Source: Balanoglossus misakiensis (taxonomy: Eukaryota; Animalia; Hemichordata). From it: 64,000 nt of DNA. The notes beneath the pieces were generated by a model. It saw only the letters and a list, made by a program, of their open reading frames with translations. It searched no databases and was not told the DNA's origin. The stretch lies in assembly GCA_040954595.2 (NCBI GenBank), contig CM082582.2, positions 744,001 through 808,000 on the forward strand, written 5' to 3'. Position numbers and translations under genes: made by a program. Shown piece by piece: positions 13,185-25,600 of the stretch. The number at the start of each line of letters is the position of its first letter. Within the stretch, counting starts at the first letter, position 1.

Positions 13185-16100
13185 AGCGTTCGTTAGCAAC
13201 GTTGATCAAGTCAGATTTCCTACGGCATGGCTTTGCTAAAGCCCTGACACTCTAGAGCAGAAACACGCGTACAGAGACCACGTTGATCGACTAACATTTC
13301 CTTCGGCCTGGCACGGCTGATGCCCCGGCACTATATATAGGACACAGACTGGCGTAAGTTAACAACGGTAATCACGTCGGGTTTCCTACGGCCTGGCTCA
13401 GCTGAAGCCCCGGCACTCTAGAGCAGAAACAGGCGTACATTGACCACGTTGATCAAGTCAGATTTCCTACGGCGTGACTCGGCTGGTGAACCGGCTCTAT
13501 ATGACACAGACTGGCGTAAGTTATCAACGGTGATTACGTCGGATTTCCTACGGCCTGGTTTAGCTGAAGCCCCGGCACTTTAGAGCGGAAACACGCGTAC
13601 ATTGACCACGATGATCAAGGCAGATCTCCTACGGCCTGGCTCGACTAAAACCCCGGCACACCATGACAGACACTAGCGTTCGTTAGCAACGGTGATCAAG
13701 TCGGATTTCCTTCGGCCTGGCTCTGCAAAAGACCCGACACTCTAGTACAAAGACGTTGGCTAAGTCGGGCAAACCGAAGAGGGAAAGTCACAGCGGGTCA
13801 ACACTCGACATTTGTTCGGGTAGGACTGCATTATTGCCTGTCAATTTATAGAGAAAGCCCGAATTTAACCAGGGCGTTACAAACACCGACGTTAGTTGGG
13901 GGCACGGCCTGCAGTACTGCCGGGTAAGCTGACATCGGCGTACCGCATATAATATAGGGGGGGGGGGGGAAACAGAACGGTTCAATACTACATTTATTAG
14001 ATATCAGCTAATTTTGGACAATCATCTAAAATCTAAATCATTTTTTCATATTTGGATATCTGATGATGTATGAAATTTCCATTATATGTAAAAATGGTGC
14101 TGATTATAAAAAATGCACTCTGAATGAACTGATTTAATACAAAATTACGTTTTATTCGTTTTTGCACCTAAAAGGTCATTTTTAGGCAAAACATTCTTTA
14201 TTTTTTTAATTCGGTGACCTGATCATATATAAAGAATGGCTTGTATGTTAAAAGTTTTTATGACTTTTAAAAGCAGTGACACTGGCGGCATTCAACACGA
14301 AAATAACAATTTTAGCCACAATTTGGTCAAAATGGAAAATTTTTCAAAATTACAAAAAATACCCTTTTCTACATTTTCGGAAATCTGATGGAGTATAGAA
14401 GGCTCTTCGTATGTATATATCGATACAAATTCCACAAAAAACCGTCTAATTTGGCTCACTGCAGACAAAATTGCGTTTTACCAAATTTTCCTTGAAAATG
14501 TCATTTTTAGAAAAAAAAATAAAAAAAACCTTTGTTCTTCGAATTTGGTGCCCCGATCATATATGACATGTTGATTGTATGTTAAAAGTTTCGACCACTC
14601 CAAAAATGCAGAGATATTGACGGAATTCAAGAAAAAATAGCCATTTTGGCCATATTTTGACAAAAATGGTAAAATTTTAAAAAATCATAAAAAATTAACT
14701 CTTTTCTTCATTTTCGGAAATATTATGGAGCATGAAGTGTCGTTCTCTTGTAAAAAGTGCTGCAAATTCCAGAAAAGGTGGTATAATTTGAATCACCCAA
14801 GACAAAATTACCATTTTCGCCTTTGTTTCGAAAAATTGTCTTTTTTACAAAATAAATAAGAATAAATTCTTTTCTTAGTTTCAAACGGGTAGAGATACTT
14901 CCTACACGGGTTTTCTAACATTGAATTCCCGTTCATCAACTCAGATTTCCTACAGCATAAGTCGGCTAAAACCCTGAGACTTTAGAGCAGAAACAGTTGC
15001 ACACTGGTAACGTTGAACAAGTCGATTTTTCTACGGCCTGGCTTGGCTAAATCTCCGTCACAATATGACAGACACTATCGTACGTTAGCAACGGTGATCA
15101 AGTCAGATTTTCTACGGCATGGCTTGGATAAAGCCCCGGCACTCTAGAGCAGAAACACGCGTACAGAGACCACGTTGATCTACTCACATTTCCTTCGGCC
15201 TGGCACGGCTGATGCCCCGGCACTATATATAGGACACAGACCGGCGTAAGTTAACAACGGTAATCACGTCGGGTTTCCTACGGCCTGGCTCAGATGAAGC
15301 CCCGGCACTCTAGAGCAGAAACAGGCGTACAGTGACCACGTTGATCAAGTCAGATTTCCTACGGCGTGACTCGGCTGGTGCACCGGCTCTATATGACACA
15401 GACTGGCGTAAGTTATCAACGGTGATTACGTCGGATTTCCTACGGCATGGTTTAGCTGAAGCCACGGCACTTCAGAGCGGAAACACGCGTACATTGACCA
15501 CGATGATCAAGTCAGATCTCCTACGGCCTGGCTCGACTAAAACCCCGGCACACCATGACAGACACTAGCGTTCGTTAGCAACGGTGATCAAGTCGGATTT
15601 CCTTCGGCCTGGCTCTGCAAAAGACCCGACACATTAGTACAGAGACGTTGGCTAAGTCGGGCAAACCGAAGAGGGAAAGTCACAGCGGGTCAACACTCGA
15701 CATTTGTTCGGGTAGGACTGCATTATTGCCTGTCAATTTATAGAGAAAACCCGAATTTAACCAGGGCGTTTCAAACACCGACGTTATTTGGGGGCACGGC
15801 CTGCAGTACTGCCGGGTAAGCTGACATCGGCGTACCGCATATAATGTAGGGGGGGGGACAGAACGGTTCAATACTACATTTATTAGATATCAGCTAATTT
15901 TGGACAATCATCTAAAATCTAAATCATTTTTTCATAGTTGGATATCTGATGATGTATGAAATTTCCAATATATGTAAAAATGGTGCTGATTATAAAAAAT
16001 GCACTCTGAATGAGCTGATTTAATACAAAATTGCGTTTTATTCGTTTTTGCACCAAAAAGGTCATTTTTAGGCAAAACATTCTTTATTTTTTTAATTCGG

Positions 16101-16949
16101 TGACCTGATCATATATAAGCAATTGCTTGCATGTTAAAAGTTTTTATGACTTTTAAAAGCAGTGACACTGGCGGCATTCAACACGAAAATAACAATTTTA
16201 GCCACAATTCGGTCAAAATGGTAAATTTTTGAAAATTACAAAAAATACCTGTTTTCTACATTTTCGGAAATCTGATGGAGTATAGAATGCTCTTCGTATG
16301 TATATATCGATACAAATTCCACAAAAGACCGTCTAATTTGGCTCACTGCAGACAAAATTGCGTTTTACCAAATTTTCCTTGAAAATGTCATTTTTAGAAA
16401 AATAAAATAAAAAAACCTTCGTTCTTCGAATTTGGTGCCCTGATCATATATGACATGTTGATTGTATGTTAAAACTTTCGACCACTCCAAAAATGCAGAG
16501 ATATTGACGGAATTCAAGAAAAAATAGCCATTTTGGCCATATTTTGACAAAAATGGTAAATTTTTAAAAAATCATAAAAAATTAACTCTTTTCTCCATTT
16601 TCGGAAATATTATAGAGCATGAAGTGTCGTTCTCTTGTAAAAAGTGCTGCAAATTCCAGAAAAGGCGGTATAATTTGAATCACCCAAGACAAAATTACCA
16701 TTTTCGACTTTTTTTCGAAATATTGTTTTTTTACAAAATAAATAAGAATAAATTCTTTTCTTAGTTCCAAACGGGTAGAGATACTTTCCACACGGATTTC
16801 TAACATTGAATTCCCGTTCATCAACTCAGATTTCCTACAGCATAAGTCGGCTAAAACCCTGACACTCTAGAGCAGAAACAGTTGCACATTGGTAACGTTG
16901 AACAAGTCGATTTTTCTACGGCCTGGCTCGGCTAAATCTCCGTCACAAT

Positions 16950-18444
16950 AGTCCTGTTTCAAAATGACCTACATTACACGTCCTATACACATGTTTTGCA
17001 TGTTATGATTGGTTTATCCGCTTCTCTTAGGTCCACTTGCGGCACGCTGATTGGAGGGACCTTGTAGGTTAGGTCTTATTATTATGTATTATTCACTAGA
17101 CCTTGTAGGTTAGGTCTTATTACTATGCATTTTTCGCTTTACAGCTCCCTGATTGGTTAACGTGTCAGTTTGGTCCCCCGTGTGTTCACTGCCTCATAAT
17201 ACAGGACCTTGTAGGTTAGGTCATATTAATATGTATTTATTCACCATACAGCTCCCTGATTGGTTAACGTGTCAGTCTGGTCTCCCAGTGTTCACTGCCT
17301 CATTGTGAAATGTCCCATGTGCTTCCTGGCTAGCGTTGTGGTAACACATTATTCGGGATGTCCGCAGATCATTCATTAATTTTCTGAGAAATAGCCTGAC
17401 TGATACTATCTCCAACATAAACCGCACCCTGGAAAGATTAAATGATTTTTAGATGGACTTTGAAAATCTGATTAACACATCTAAGCATTTTTGCTAACAG
17501 TTGTATATTTTCTTAAATCACCCTCCTACTTCTCATCATCAATATTATTATTGTTGTTTTACTATTTTAAAGTAAATTTGTTTTGACGTAGATGTTGTGA
17601 AAAGGAGTACGTTGTCCGTTTATACATTCGTATATTGTTTTCATAAAAATGGAACTATGACGGTGCAGCTTCGTGAAAGAAGTACAATAAAAGTAATCAT
17701 ACCTGTAAAGCAACTAATGAGGTATCCCAATTAAAGAAATGCAATGCTATTCTAAACAGTTCTATTGTAAGATATTTTTGGTTTGCTCGAATGAATAGCA
17801 CACACTTCGTATTCAGCCAGGTGTTACACGAAGTGATGCGCTGAAAAGCATTACGTAACAAAACACTAGCCCATTTCAACAAACCGCCACTGGAAATAAA
17901 ATAAAAAAATTCTCCTGGCAATTTTTATTTCGAGTATCTAGTTCACAGTATCACAAAAAAATGCCATGAATAGTGAAGGAAAGGTTAAATCCAATCATTA
18001 TATGAGTGCCTTTCTTTATACACTTGGATCGAGCTTCGACAACGCGCAGGCAGCATGCCAGACAGAATACGACAACTGTATTCAGAAAGTACAAAAGACT
18101 TTGCATAACGAGGCAGTGAAAATTGGAGACCTACACATTAACCAATCAGGGAGCTGAAAATTGAATAAATGCATGTTAATAAGACCTAACCTACAAGGTC
18201 CTGCATAATGAGGCAGTGAACACTGGAGGACCAGACCTACACATTAACCAATCAGGGAGCTGTAAAGTGAATAATACATAGTAATAAGACCTAACCTACA
18301 AGGTCTAGTGAATAATACATAATAATAAGACCTAACACATAAGGTCCCTCCAATCACCGTGCCTCAAGTGGACCTAAGATTACCAGATGGACCAATCACA
18401 GATGTCGGTACATATGTCATGGACCTGACTTATGAAACATGACT
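16950..18444. mobile_element. Non-autonomous foldback-like DNA transposon with AGT...ACT termini, 1495 bp, superfamily unassigned
   Basis: Termini are AGTCCTGTTTCAAAA and TTATGAAACATGACT, with a 3-bp AAT duplication (16947-16949, 18445-18447) that restores the satellite CGTCACAATATGACAG. The imperfect inverted arms (~350 bp) are made of modules GACCTTGTAGGTTAGGTC and AGCTCCCTGATTGGTTAA. Confidence 0.9.
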
Positions 18445-21400
18445 AATATGACAGACACTAGCGTACGTTAGCAACGGTGATCAAGTCAGATTTTCTACGG
18501 CATGGCTTGGATAAAGCCCCGGCACTCTAGAGCAGAAACACGCGTACAGAGACCACGTTGATCAAGTCTGATCTCCTACGGCTTGGCTCGACTAAAACCC
18601 CGGCACACTATGACAGACATTAGCGTTCGTTAGCAACGTTGATCAAGTCAGATTTCCTACGGCATGGCTTGGCTAAAGCCCTGGCACTCTAGAGCAGAAA
18701 CACGCGTACAGAGACCACGTTGATCTACTCACATTTCCTTCGGCCTTGCACGGCTGATGCCCCGGCACTATATATAGGACACAAACTGGCGTAAGTTAAC
18801 AACGGTAATCACGTCGGGTTTCCCACGGCCTGGCTCAGCTGAAGCCCCGGCACTCTAGAGCAGAAACAGGCGTACATTGACCACGTTGATCAAGTAAGAT
18901 TTCCTACGGCGTGACTCGGCTGGTGCACCGGCTCTATATGACACAGACTGGCGTAAGTTATCAACGGTGATTACGTCGGATTTCCTACGGCCTGGTGTAG
19001 CTGAAGCCCCGGCCCTTTAGAGCGGAAACACGCGTACATTGACCACGATAATCAAGTCAGATCTCCTACGGCCTGGCTCGACTAAAACCCCGGCACACCA
19101 TGACAGACACTAGCGTTCGTTAGCAACGGTGATCAAGTCTGATTTCCTTCGGCCTGGCTCTGCAAAAGACCCGACACATTAGTACAAAGACGTTGGCTAA
19201 GTCGGGCAAACCGAAGAGGGAAAGTCACAGCGGGTCAACACTCGACATTTGTTCCGGTAGGACTACATTATTGGCTGTCAATTTATAGAGAAAGCCCGAA
19301 TTTAACCAGGGCGTTTCAAAAGGCGGTATAATTTGAATCACCCAGGAAAAAAATACCATTTTCGACTTTTTTTCTCTCGAAAAATTGTCTTTTTTACAAA
19401 ATAAATAAGAATAAATTCTTTTCTTAGTTTCAAACGGGTAGAGATACTTTCCACACGGGTTTTCTAACATTGAATTCCCGTTCATCAACTCAGATTTCCT
19501 ACAGCATAAGTCGGCTAAAACCCTGACACTCTAGAGCAGAAACAGTTGCACACTGTTAACGTTGAACAAGTCGATTTTTCTACTGCCTGGCTCGGCTAAA
19601 TCTCCGTCACAATATGACAGACACTAGCGTACGTTAGCAACGGTGATCAAGTCAGATTTTCTACGGCATGGCTTGGATAAAGCCCCGGCACTCTAGAGCA
19701 GAAACACGCGTACAGAGAGCACGTTGATCAAGTCTGATCTCCTACGGCTTGGCTCGACTAAAACCCCGGCACACTATGACAGACACTAGCGTTAGTAAGC
19801 AACGTTGATCAAGTCATATTTCCTACGGCATGGCTTGGCTAAAGCCCTGGCACTATAGACCAGAAACACGCGTACAGAGACCACGATGATCTACTCACAT
19901 TTCCTTCGGCCTGGCACGGCTGATGCCCCGGCACTACATATAGGACACAGACTGGCGTAAGTTAACAACGGTAAACACGTCGGGTTTCCTACGGCCTGGC
20001 TCAGCTGAAGCCCCGGCACTCTAGAGCAGAAACAGGCGTACATTGACCACGTTGATCAAGTCAGATTTCCTACGGCGTGACTCGGCTGGTGCACCGGCTC
20101 TATATGACACAGACTGGCGTAAGTTATCAACGGTGATTACGTCGGATTTCCTACGGCCTGGTTTAGCTGAAGCCCCTGCACTCTAGAGCAGAAACAGGCG
20201 TACATTGACCACGTTGATCAAGTCAGATTTCCTACGGCGTGACTCGGCTGGTGCACCGGCTCTATATGACACAGACTGGCGGAAGTTATCAACGGTGATT
20301 ACGTCGGATTTCCTACGGCCTGGTTTAGCTGAAGCCCCGGCACTTTAGAGCGGAAACACGCGTACATTGACCACGATGATCAAGTCAGATCTCCTACGGC
20401 CTGGCTCGACTAAAACCCCGGCACACCATGACAGACACTAGCGTTCGTTAGCAACGTTGATCAAGTCGGAATTCCTTAGGCCTGGCTCTGCAAAAGACCC
20501 GACACTCTAGAGCAGAAACACGCGTACAGAGACCACGTTGATCTACTCGGATTTCCTTCGGCCTGGCTCTGCAAAAGACCCGACACTCTAGTACAAAGAC
20601 GTTGGCTAAGTCGGGCAAACCGAAGAGGGAAAGTCACAGCGGGTCAACACTCGACATTTGTTCGGGTAGGACTGCATTATTGCCTGTCAATTTATAGAGA
20701 AAGCCCGAATTTAACCAGGGCGCTTCAAACACCGACGTTAGTTGGGGGCACGGCCTGCAGTACTGCCGGGTAAGCTGACATCGGCGTACCGCATATAATG
20801 TAGGGGGGGGACGGAACGGTTCAATACTACATTTATTAGATATCAGCTAATTTTGGACAATCATCTAAAATCTAAAAATCTAAATCATTTTTTCATATTT
20901 GGATATCTGATGATGTATGAAATTTCCATTATATGTAAAAAATGGTGCTGATTATAAAAAATGCACTCTGAATGAGCTGATTTAATACAAAATTGCGTTT
21001 TATTCGTTTTTGCACCAAAAAGGTCATTTTTAGGGAAAACATTCTTTATTTTTTTAATTCGGTGACCTGATCATATATAAACAATTGCTTGTATGTTAAA
21101 AGTTTTGATGACTTTTAAAAGCAGTGACACTGGCGGCATTCAACACGAAAATAACAGTTTTAGCCACAATTTGGTCAAAATGGTAAATTTTTGAAAATTA
21201 CAAAAAATACCTGTTTTCTACATTTTCGGAAATCTGATGGAGTATAGAATGCTCTTCGTATGTATATATCGATACAAATTCCACAAAATACAGTCTTATT
21301 TGGCTCACTGCAGACGAAATTGCGTTTTACCAAATTTTCCTTGAAAATGTCATTTTTAGAAAAAAAATAAAAAAACCTTTGTTCTTCGAATTTGGTGCCC

Positions 21401-21563
21401 TGATCATATATGACATGTTGATTGTATGTTAAAACTTTCGACCACTCCAAAAATGCAGCACTGCGGCCCAGAAGTGTGTTCATTTGTCCGCTATTCCGCG
21501 AAGCGGAAATATGTTAATTGAGGTCATATGCTGGGGTCACGTTCCTAGCATCGTATATACAAA

Positions 21564-22184
21564 ATGGCGGCGTCCATGATCGATGTTTCTAAAACAGTGA
21601 AACGTAAGCTGCGTGAGGCCAAATTTCAGTTATTGAGGACAAATATCGACCGTTCCATCAACCTACATGATTGTTTTGATGATCTCGATGCTGCTGTTGA
21701 TGTAACAGTTCGCAAACGTAGTGCAACGATGGTGGAGCTTGCGAAGATGCAGCAGATTCCGGTGTATCCTGTATTCGAACGGGAGATGTGTCACTGGCGC
21801 TCAACAATTATGCAGAGAATGAAGCCATCACCCTCAGTGCGCAACCCATGGAAGTGCAGTTTTGGTAGGAATGTTCCTATGGAAGTTTTCGATGTATTTC
21901 GACAGTGCGCTACCCGTAATTCAATGGGAATTTATGATCGGGAAACTCCATGTATTGCTACCTTTCGATTTACCTGGATCAACAAAGTGAATTACGTGCT
22001 GGGTAGAGGTGTCAACTATGAAAACCAACAACTTCTGGTGAAGACAGTAAAGGGTAAGCGGGTGGAAGTTATCTGCACCGAAGATAAACCTATGATTGTC
22101 AGATACAGGAAATCAGCCGAGACAGTGACAATACATTTCCATTTTGGATGCTGGAACAAACATGGTGTTGCTCAGCATTTGTGA
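21564..22184 (+). CDS. Intact intronless 206-aa accessory protein of the transposon, unknown function
   Basis: Long ORF in AT-rich context with a strong start context (AAAATGGCGGCG), ~100 bp inside the left TIR. Composition is protein-like, with a helical-looking N-half and a beta-rich-looking C-half. An ATTAAA lies downstream at ~22291. Confidence 0.8.
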   Translation: MAASMIDVSKTVKRKLREAKFQLLRTNIDRSINLHDCFDDLDAAVDVTVRKRSATMVELAKMQQIPVYPVFEREMCHWRSTIMQRMKPSPSVRNPWKCSFGRNVPMEVFDVFRQCATRNSMGIYDRETPCIATFRFTWINKVNYVLGRGVNYENQQLLVKTVKGKRVEVICTEDKPMIVRYRKSAETVTIHFHFGCWNKHGVAQHL

Positions 22185-22604
22185 AATCATATTTAGACTG
22201 TTGTTGAAATTTTTTTTCATGTTCTTGGAACTGACTATATTACTTTTTGTCAGTCCATTTGAATTCATGCATCGTTGCATGTCCAAGCAAAATTAAAAAA
22301 GAAAAACATGTTTTATAGGAACTGAATAGCTGTGGGTGAATCATTTATCATTCAGTTTTTATTCACTTATTTTGAAACATGGTTATCTACAGAGCTGATA
22401 TAAGCAGCTAGTTTCAAAGGATGATTAAAAAGCTATATACATATTTTGAACAATACAATACAAGCAGCACAAAATCTGTGACATTCATAATGAAAGATTA
22501 TTTACAACAAACTCTCTTACAGTTATATACAAATCTAAAACTATCCGGTACATTTCATGTACAGTAATAATTGTTTTGAATCATGAAATTCAAACTTTCA
22601 CATT

Positions 22605-25600
22605 TTATTTCATTATTTTTTTTAGTTTTTTTGAGATCTTACCACTAATTGCAGACTGTTTTATTTCTGACATAAATTCACTGCTGCATATTTCACAGGA
22701 ATTTGACAACTCTTCCTTTACATTCCCACAATAACAGTATGATGGGTCATCAAAGCATTTGTCTGGGATGTACTTTATTACTTTGGAGGCATTTGACCTC
22801 CCATCCCCCCTGTAGTTATCTGAAGCGGGGTCTCGCATGCGTAACCAGTACAACAATACATACTCATGTCTGAAAATTAGTGGCCATCTATTTTGAGGGG
22901 TGGAATTATTGCTGTATTCCAGAAGGCGCTGATGTTTTGCCTCCCTGCCCTCCATTGTATTAAGCCCAAGCCCCATTTGGAACTGCTGGTGGATTTGAGA
23001 TGCATGACACGGAACAACATATCCTATATGCCAAATAGTATTGTTTACGGTCAGAAATAACGCATGCAAATTGAAGTACCATTTGCACTTCTGCCTTAGT
23101 ACTACAATATCTCTCTCATGTAGGGTAAACCTGGAACAGAGAGATGTTATATCTCTGAGTAGGACACCAATGTAACCATACAGGGACAATTTCGCTCTCA
23201 CCTGTGCACTGATACCGGGTTCCCTAAAACACTCTATCAGTGACATAAAAGACCATGCCAACTTCCTTGATTCTTCCCCTGTAAAGCGGTGAACTCTCAC
23301 TGATTGGGCATGGGTACTAACCTTATTCTCAGCAAAATATTTGACAATTTGATTGTATAGTTTCCCTGCTCTCACTGTATATTTTAGTGTATGCAGGAAT
23401 TTGTACAGGCATGAATTTGGTGGTAGCTTTTCTAATTTCACACCATGGTCAATGACTTTTTGGTCAGTCTTAGCCACAGCATCAGTAAGAAGCCTTTGAA
23501 AGAAATACTGCCAGGCATTGTTTTTTAGATGTAGGGGTTCTATCTTGGCACACTGTATATACTTACCCAGGGGTGGAATATATTCCTGTCGGGATTTTCT
23601 GGAGGCAATGAAACGTGTGACCTTAGAGCGATCTGTCGATGTTTCAGGCTTACCTGTTTTCTTTGTCAAATTTGCTTTGAATTTTGCCACTGCTTATAGC
23701 TCCACTCTGACCAAAATTTCCCTGGCCCTATATCTGCCCCTATTTCATCTATGCTACCTTTTGTTACATTAGCAAAGGAACTGAAATACTCAGCAGCATT
23801 AGATAACTCACCAGAAACTGAGGCTAATCCCTTTTGATCAAATGGCAGCAAAGATACATTAAACTTTACACTCAGGCCATGTAAAGTGTATTGTTTGGCC
23901 TCTATGATCTCAAACTCTTTGGCTAGGTTTTTAGCATAATCTATCAGGACTGGGTCATCTTCCTTCAGATTAGCCCCTAGCAACAAGAAATTATCATCAG
24001 GGCTTGCTAATATGTGGCCCACATTGATGAAACTGACAAGCCAGGAAGTTGCCTGACCATATTTTCCAAAAGGAGCCCCATCAGCACCAACAGCAAGTTG
24101 GAAAGTGCCCTTCGGTTTGCCAAACCAATTTAGGATGTTAGGGTGGTGCTCACTCAAGCAAAGATACATGTCAGCAACTTTAAAGAGCATCTGCTCTGTA
24201 TTTCGCTTCATACCCACTACTTTGTTTGCATCTGTTACAATTGGTTCAAGACTTCCTATATCTAAACCACGTGTATATTCAGTGACCTTGTTGTAGGAAA
24301 GTAACCTTGGTATGTTACACCTAAAGTGAAATTGCAACACTTTTCTAGGTTGTTTTAATTTAGACAGATTCAACTCACTATTACGTAAGGCATTGTATTT
24401 GCGTTTTGACAAAACCCCATTCTGATACAACACTTGCACACTCCTAGTCAAATTACCTTCACTTTTCTCAAATTCAGATATTGATTTCTTTATCAAAGTT
24501 GGTATGACCAATTCATTTATTTTCATTGATGATTGAAGGTACTTTTCCATTTGACGTGGAGTGGCACTGTTGATCAAAGTATACCATAGCCCATCAAGAG
24601 CTGATTTTGGTGGATTTGCACTGACATGTCTCCCTGCAGATATATCTGTTCCTGATGATGACTGGTGTATGACTGTAGCTGCATGAAGAGTCTGACTTCT
24701 GCGTTCATGTTGCTGACTTCTGGACAGTGTGAGGCATTCACTGTTATTAGCACAAACCTGGCTGCTTTTATGAACCCACTTCTGTTTCTTTGGGGATGTC
24801 AAATCTGCAATCTTTAATAAATGAATACAAAACAGATTTTCATTGTCATGCCAAGGTTAAACAGGTAGGCAATGTCACATGAGCAAGCAATACACATGAA
24901 TGGAAACCCCAGTGTCATGCCAAGGTCAAACATGGAGGCCATGTCACATGAGCAAGCAATACACATGAATGGAAACCCCAGTGTCATGCCAAGGTCAAAC
25001 AGAGAGAGAATATCACATGATCAAGCAATACACATGAATGGAAATCCCAGTGTCATGCCAAGGTCAAACATGGAGGCCATGTCACATGAGCAAGCAATAC
25101 ACATAAATGGAAACCCCAGTGTCATGCCAAGGTCAAACATGGAGGCCATGTCACATGAGCAAGCAATACACATAAATGGAAACCCACGTGTCATGCCAAG
25201 GTCAAACATGGAGGCCATGTCACATGAGCAAGCAATACACATGAATGGAAACCCCAGTGTCATGCCAAGGTCAAACAGAGAGAGAATATCACATGATCAA
25301 GCAATACACATGAATGGAAATCCCAGTGTCATGCCAAGGTCAAACAGAGAGGCAATGTCACATGAGCAAGCAATATGCATAAATGGAAACCCCAGTGTTA
25401 TGCCAAGGTCAAGCAGGGAGGTGTTTCAAAGCTGTAGTTCAGAATTTAGAAAACAAACACACATAAAATCATATCATATACATTAAAGCAAGGTCAAAAT
25501 GTTTTATGATTCACTTAGTTGTAATATAATTTAAAGTATACAAACTTTAATTTGGTGGATATTTTCCTATTCTGCTTGTAATCATAAATCTTGTGAAAAT

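Larger units (their letters stand above)
1..21458. repeat. Macrosatellite, unit ~1892 or ~2054 bp: about 10-12 GC-rich 81-bp subunits (alternating A/B 162-bp dimers), a poly-G linker and a ~1-kb AT-rich block
   Basis: The poly-G/CAGAACGGTTCAATAC landmark recurs at ~745, 8056, 11714, 13957, 15849 and 20803, and inverted at ~10140. After subtracting insertions the spacing is ~1892 or ~2050 bp, differing by one 162-bp dimer. The repeated short ORFs (MSKYGQNG..., MNRSVPPP...) track the same periodicity. Confidence 0.97.

Noticed and set aside
1264-21483. Recurrent 60-100 aa ORFs (MSKYGQNG..., MNRSVPPP..., MMNGNSML...)
   Set aside because: These are satellite translations with variable frameshifts and non-ATG starts.
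21564-22184. RAG2-like gene (calling the element ProtoRAG)
   Set aside because: Only 206 aa, with no GG-containing Kelch repeats or PHD finger; the element lacks a 5-bp TSD and CACTATG ends.
23518-24296. Plus-strand ORFs 23518-23772 and 24105-24296
   Set aside because: Antisense shadows of the transposase.
24872-25486. 204-aa repeat ORF as a confident CDS
   Set aside because: It is explained by a stop-free 69-bp unit; kept only as a low-interest finding.
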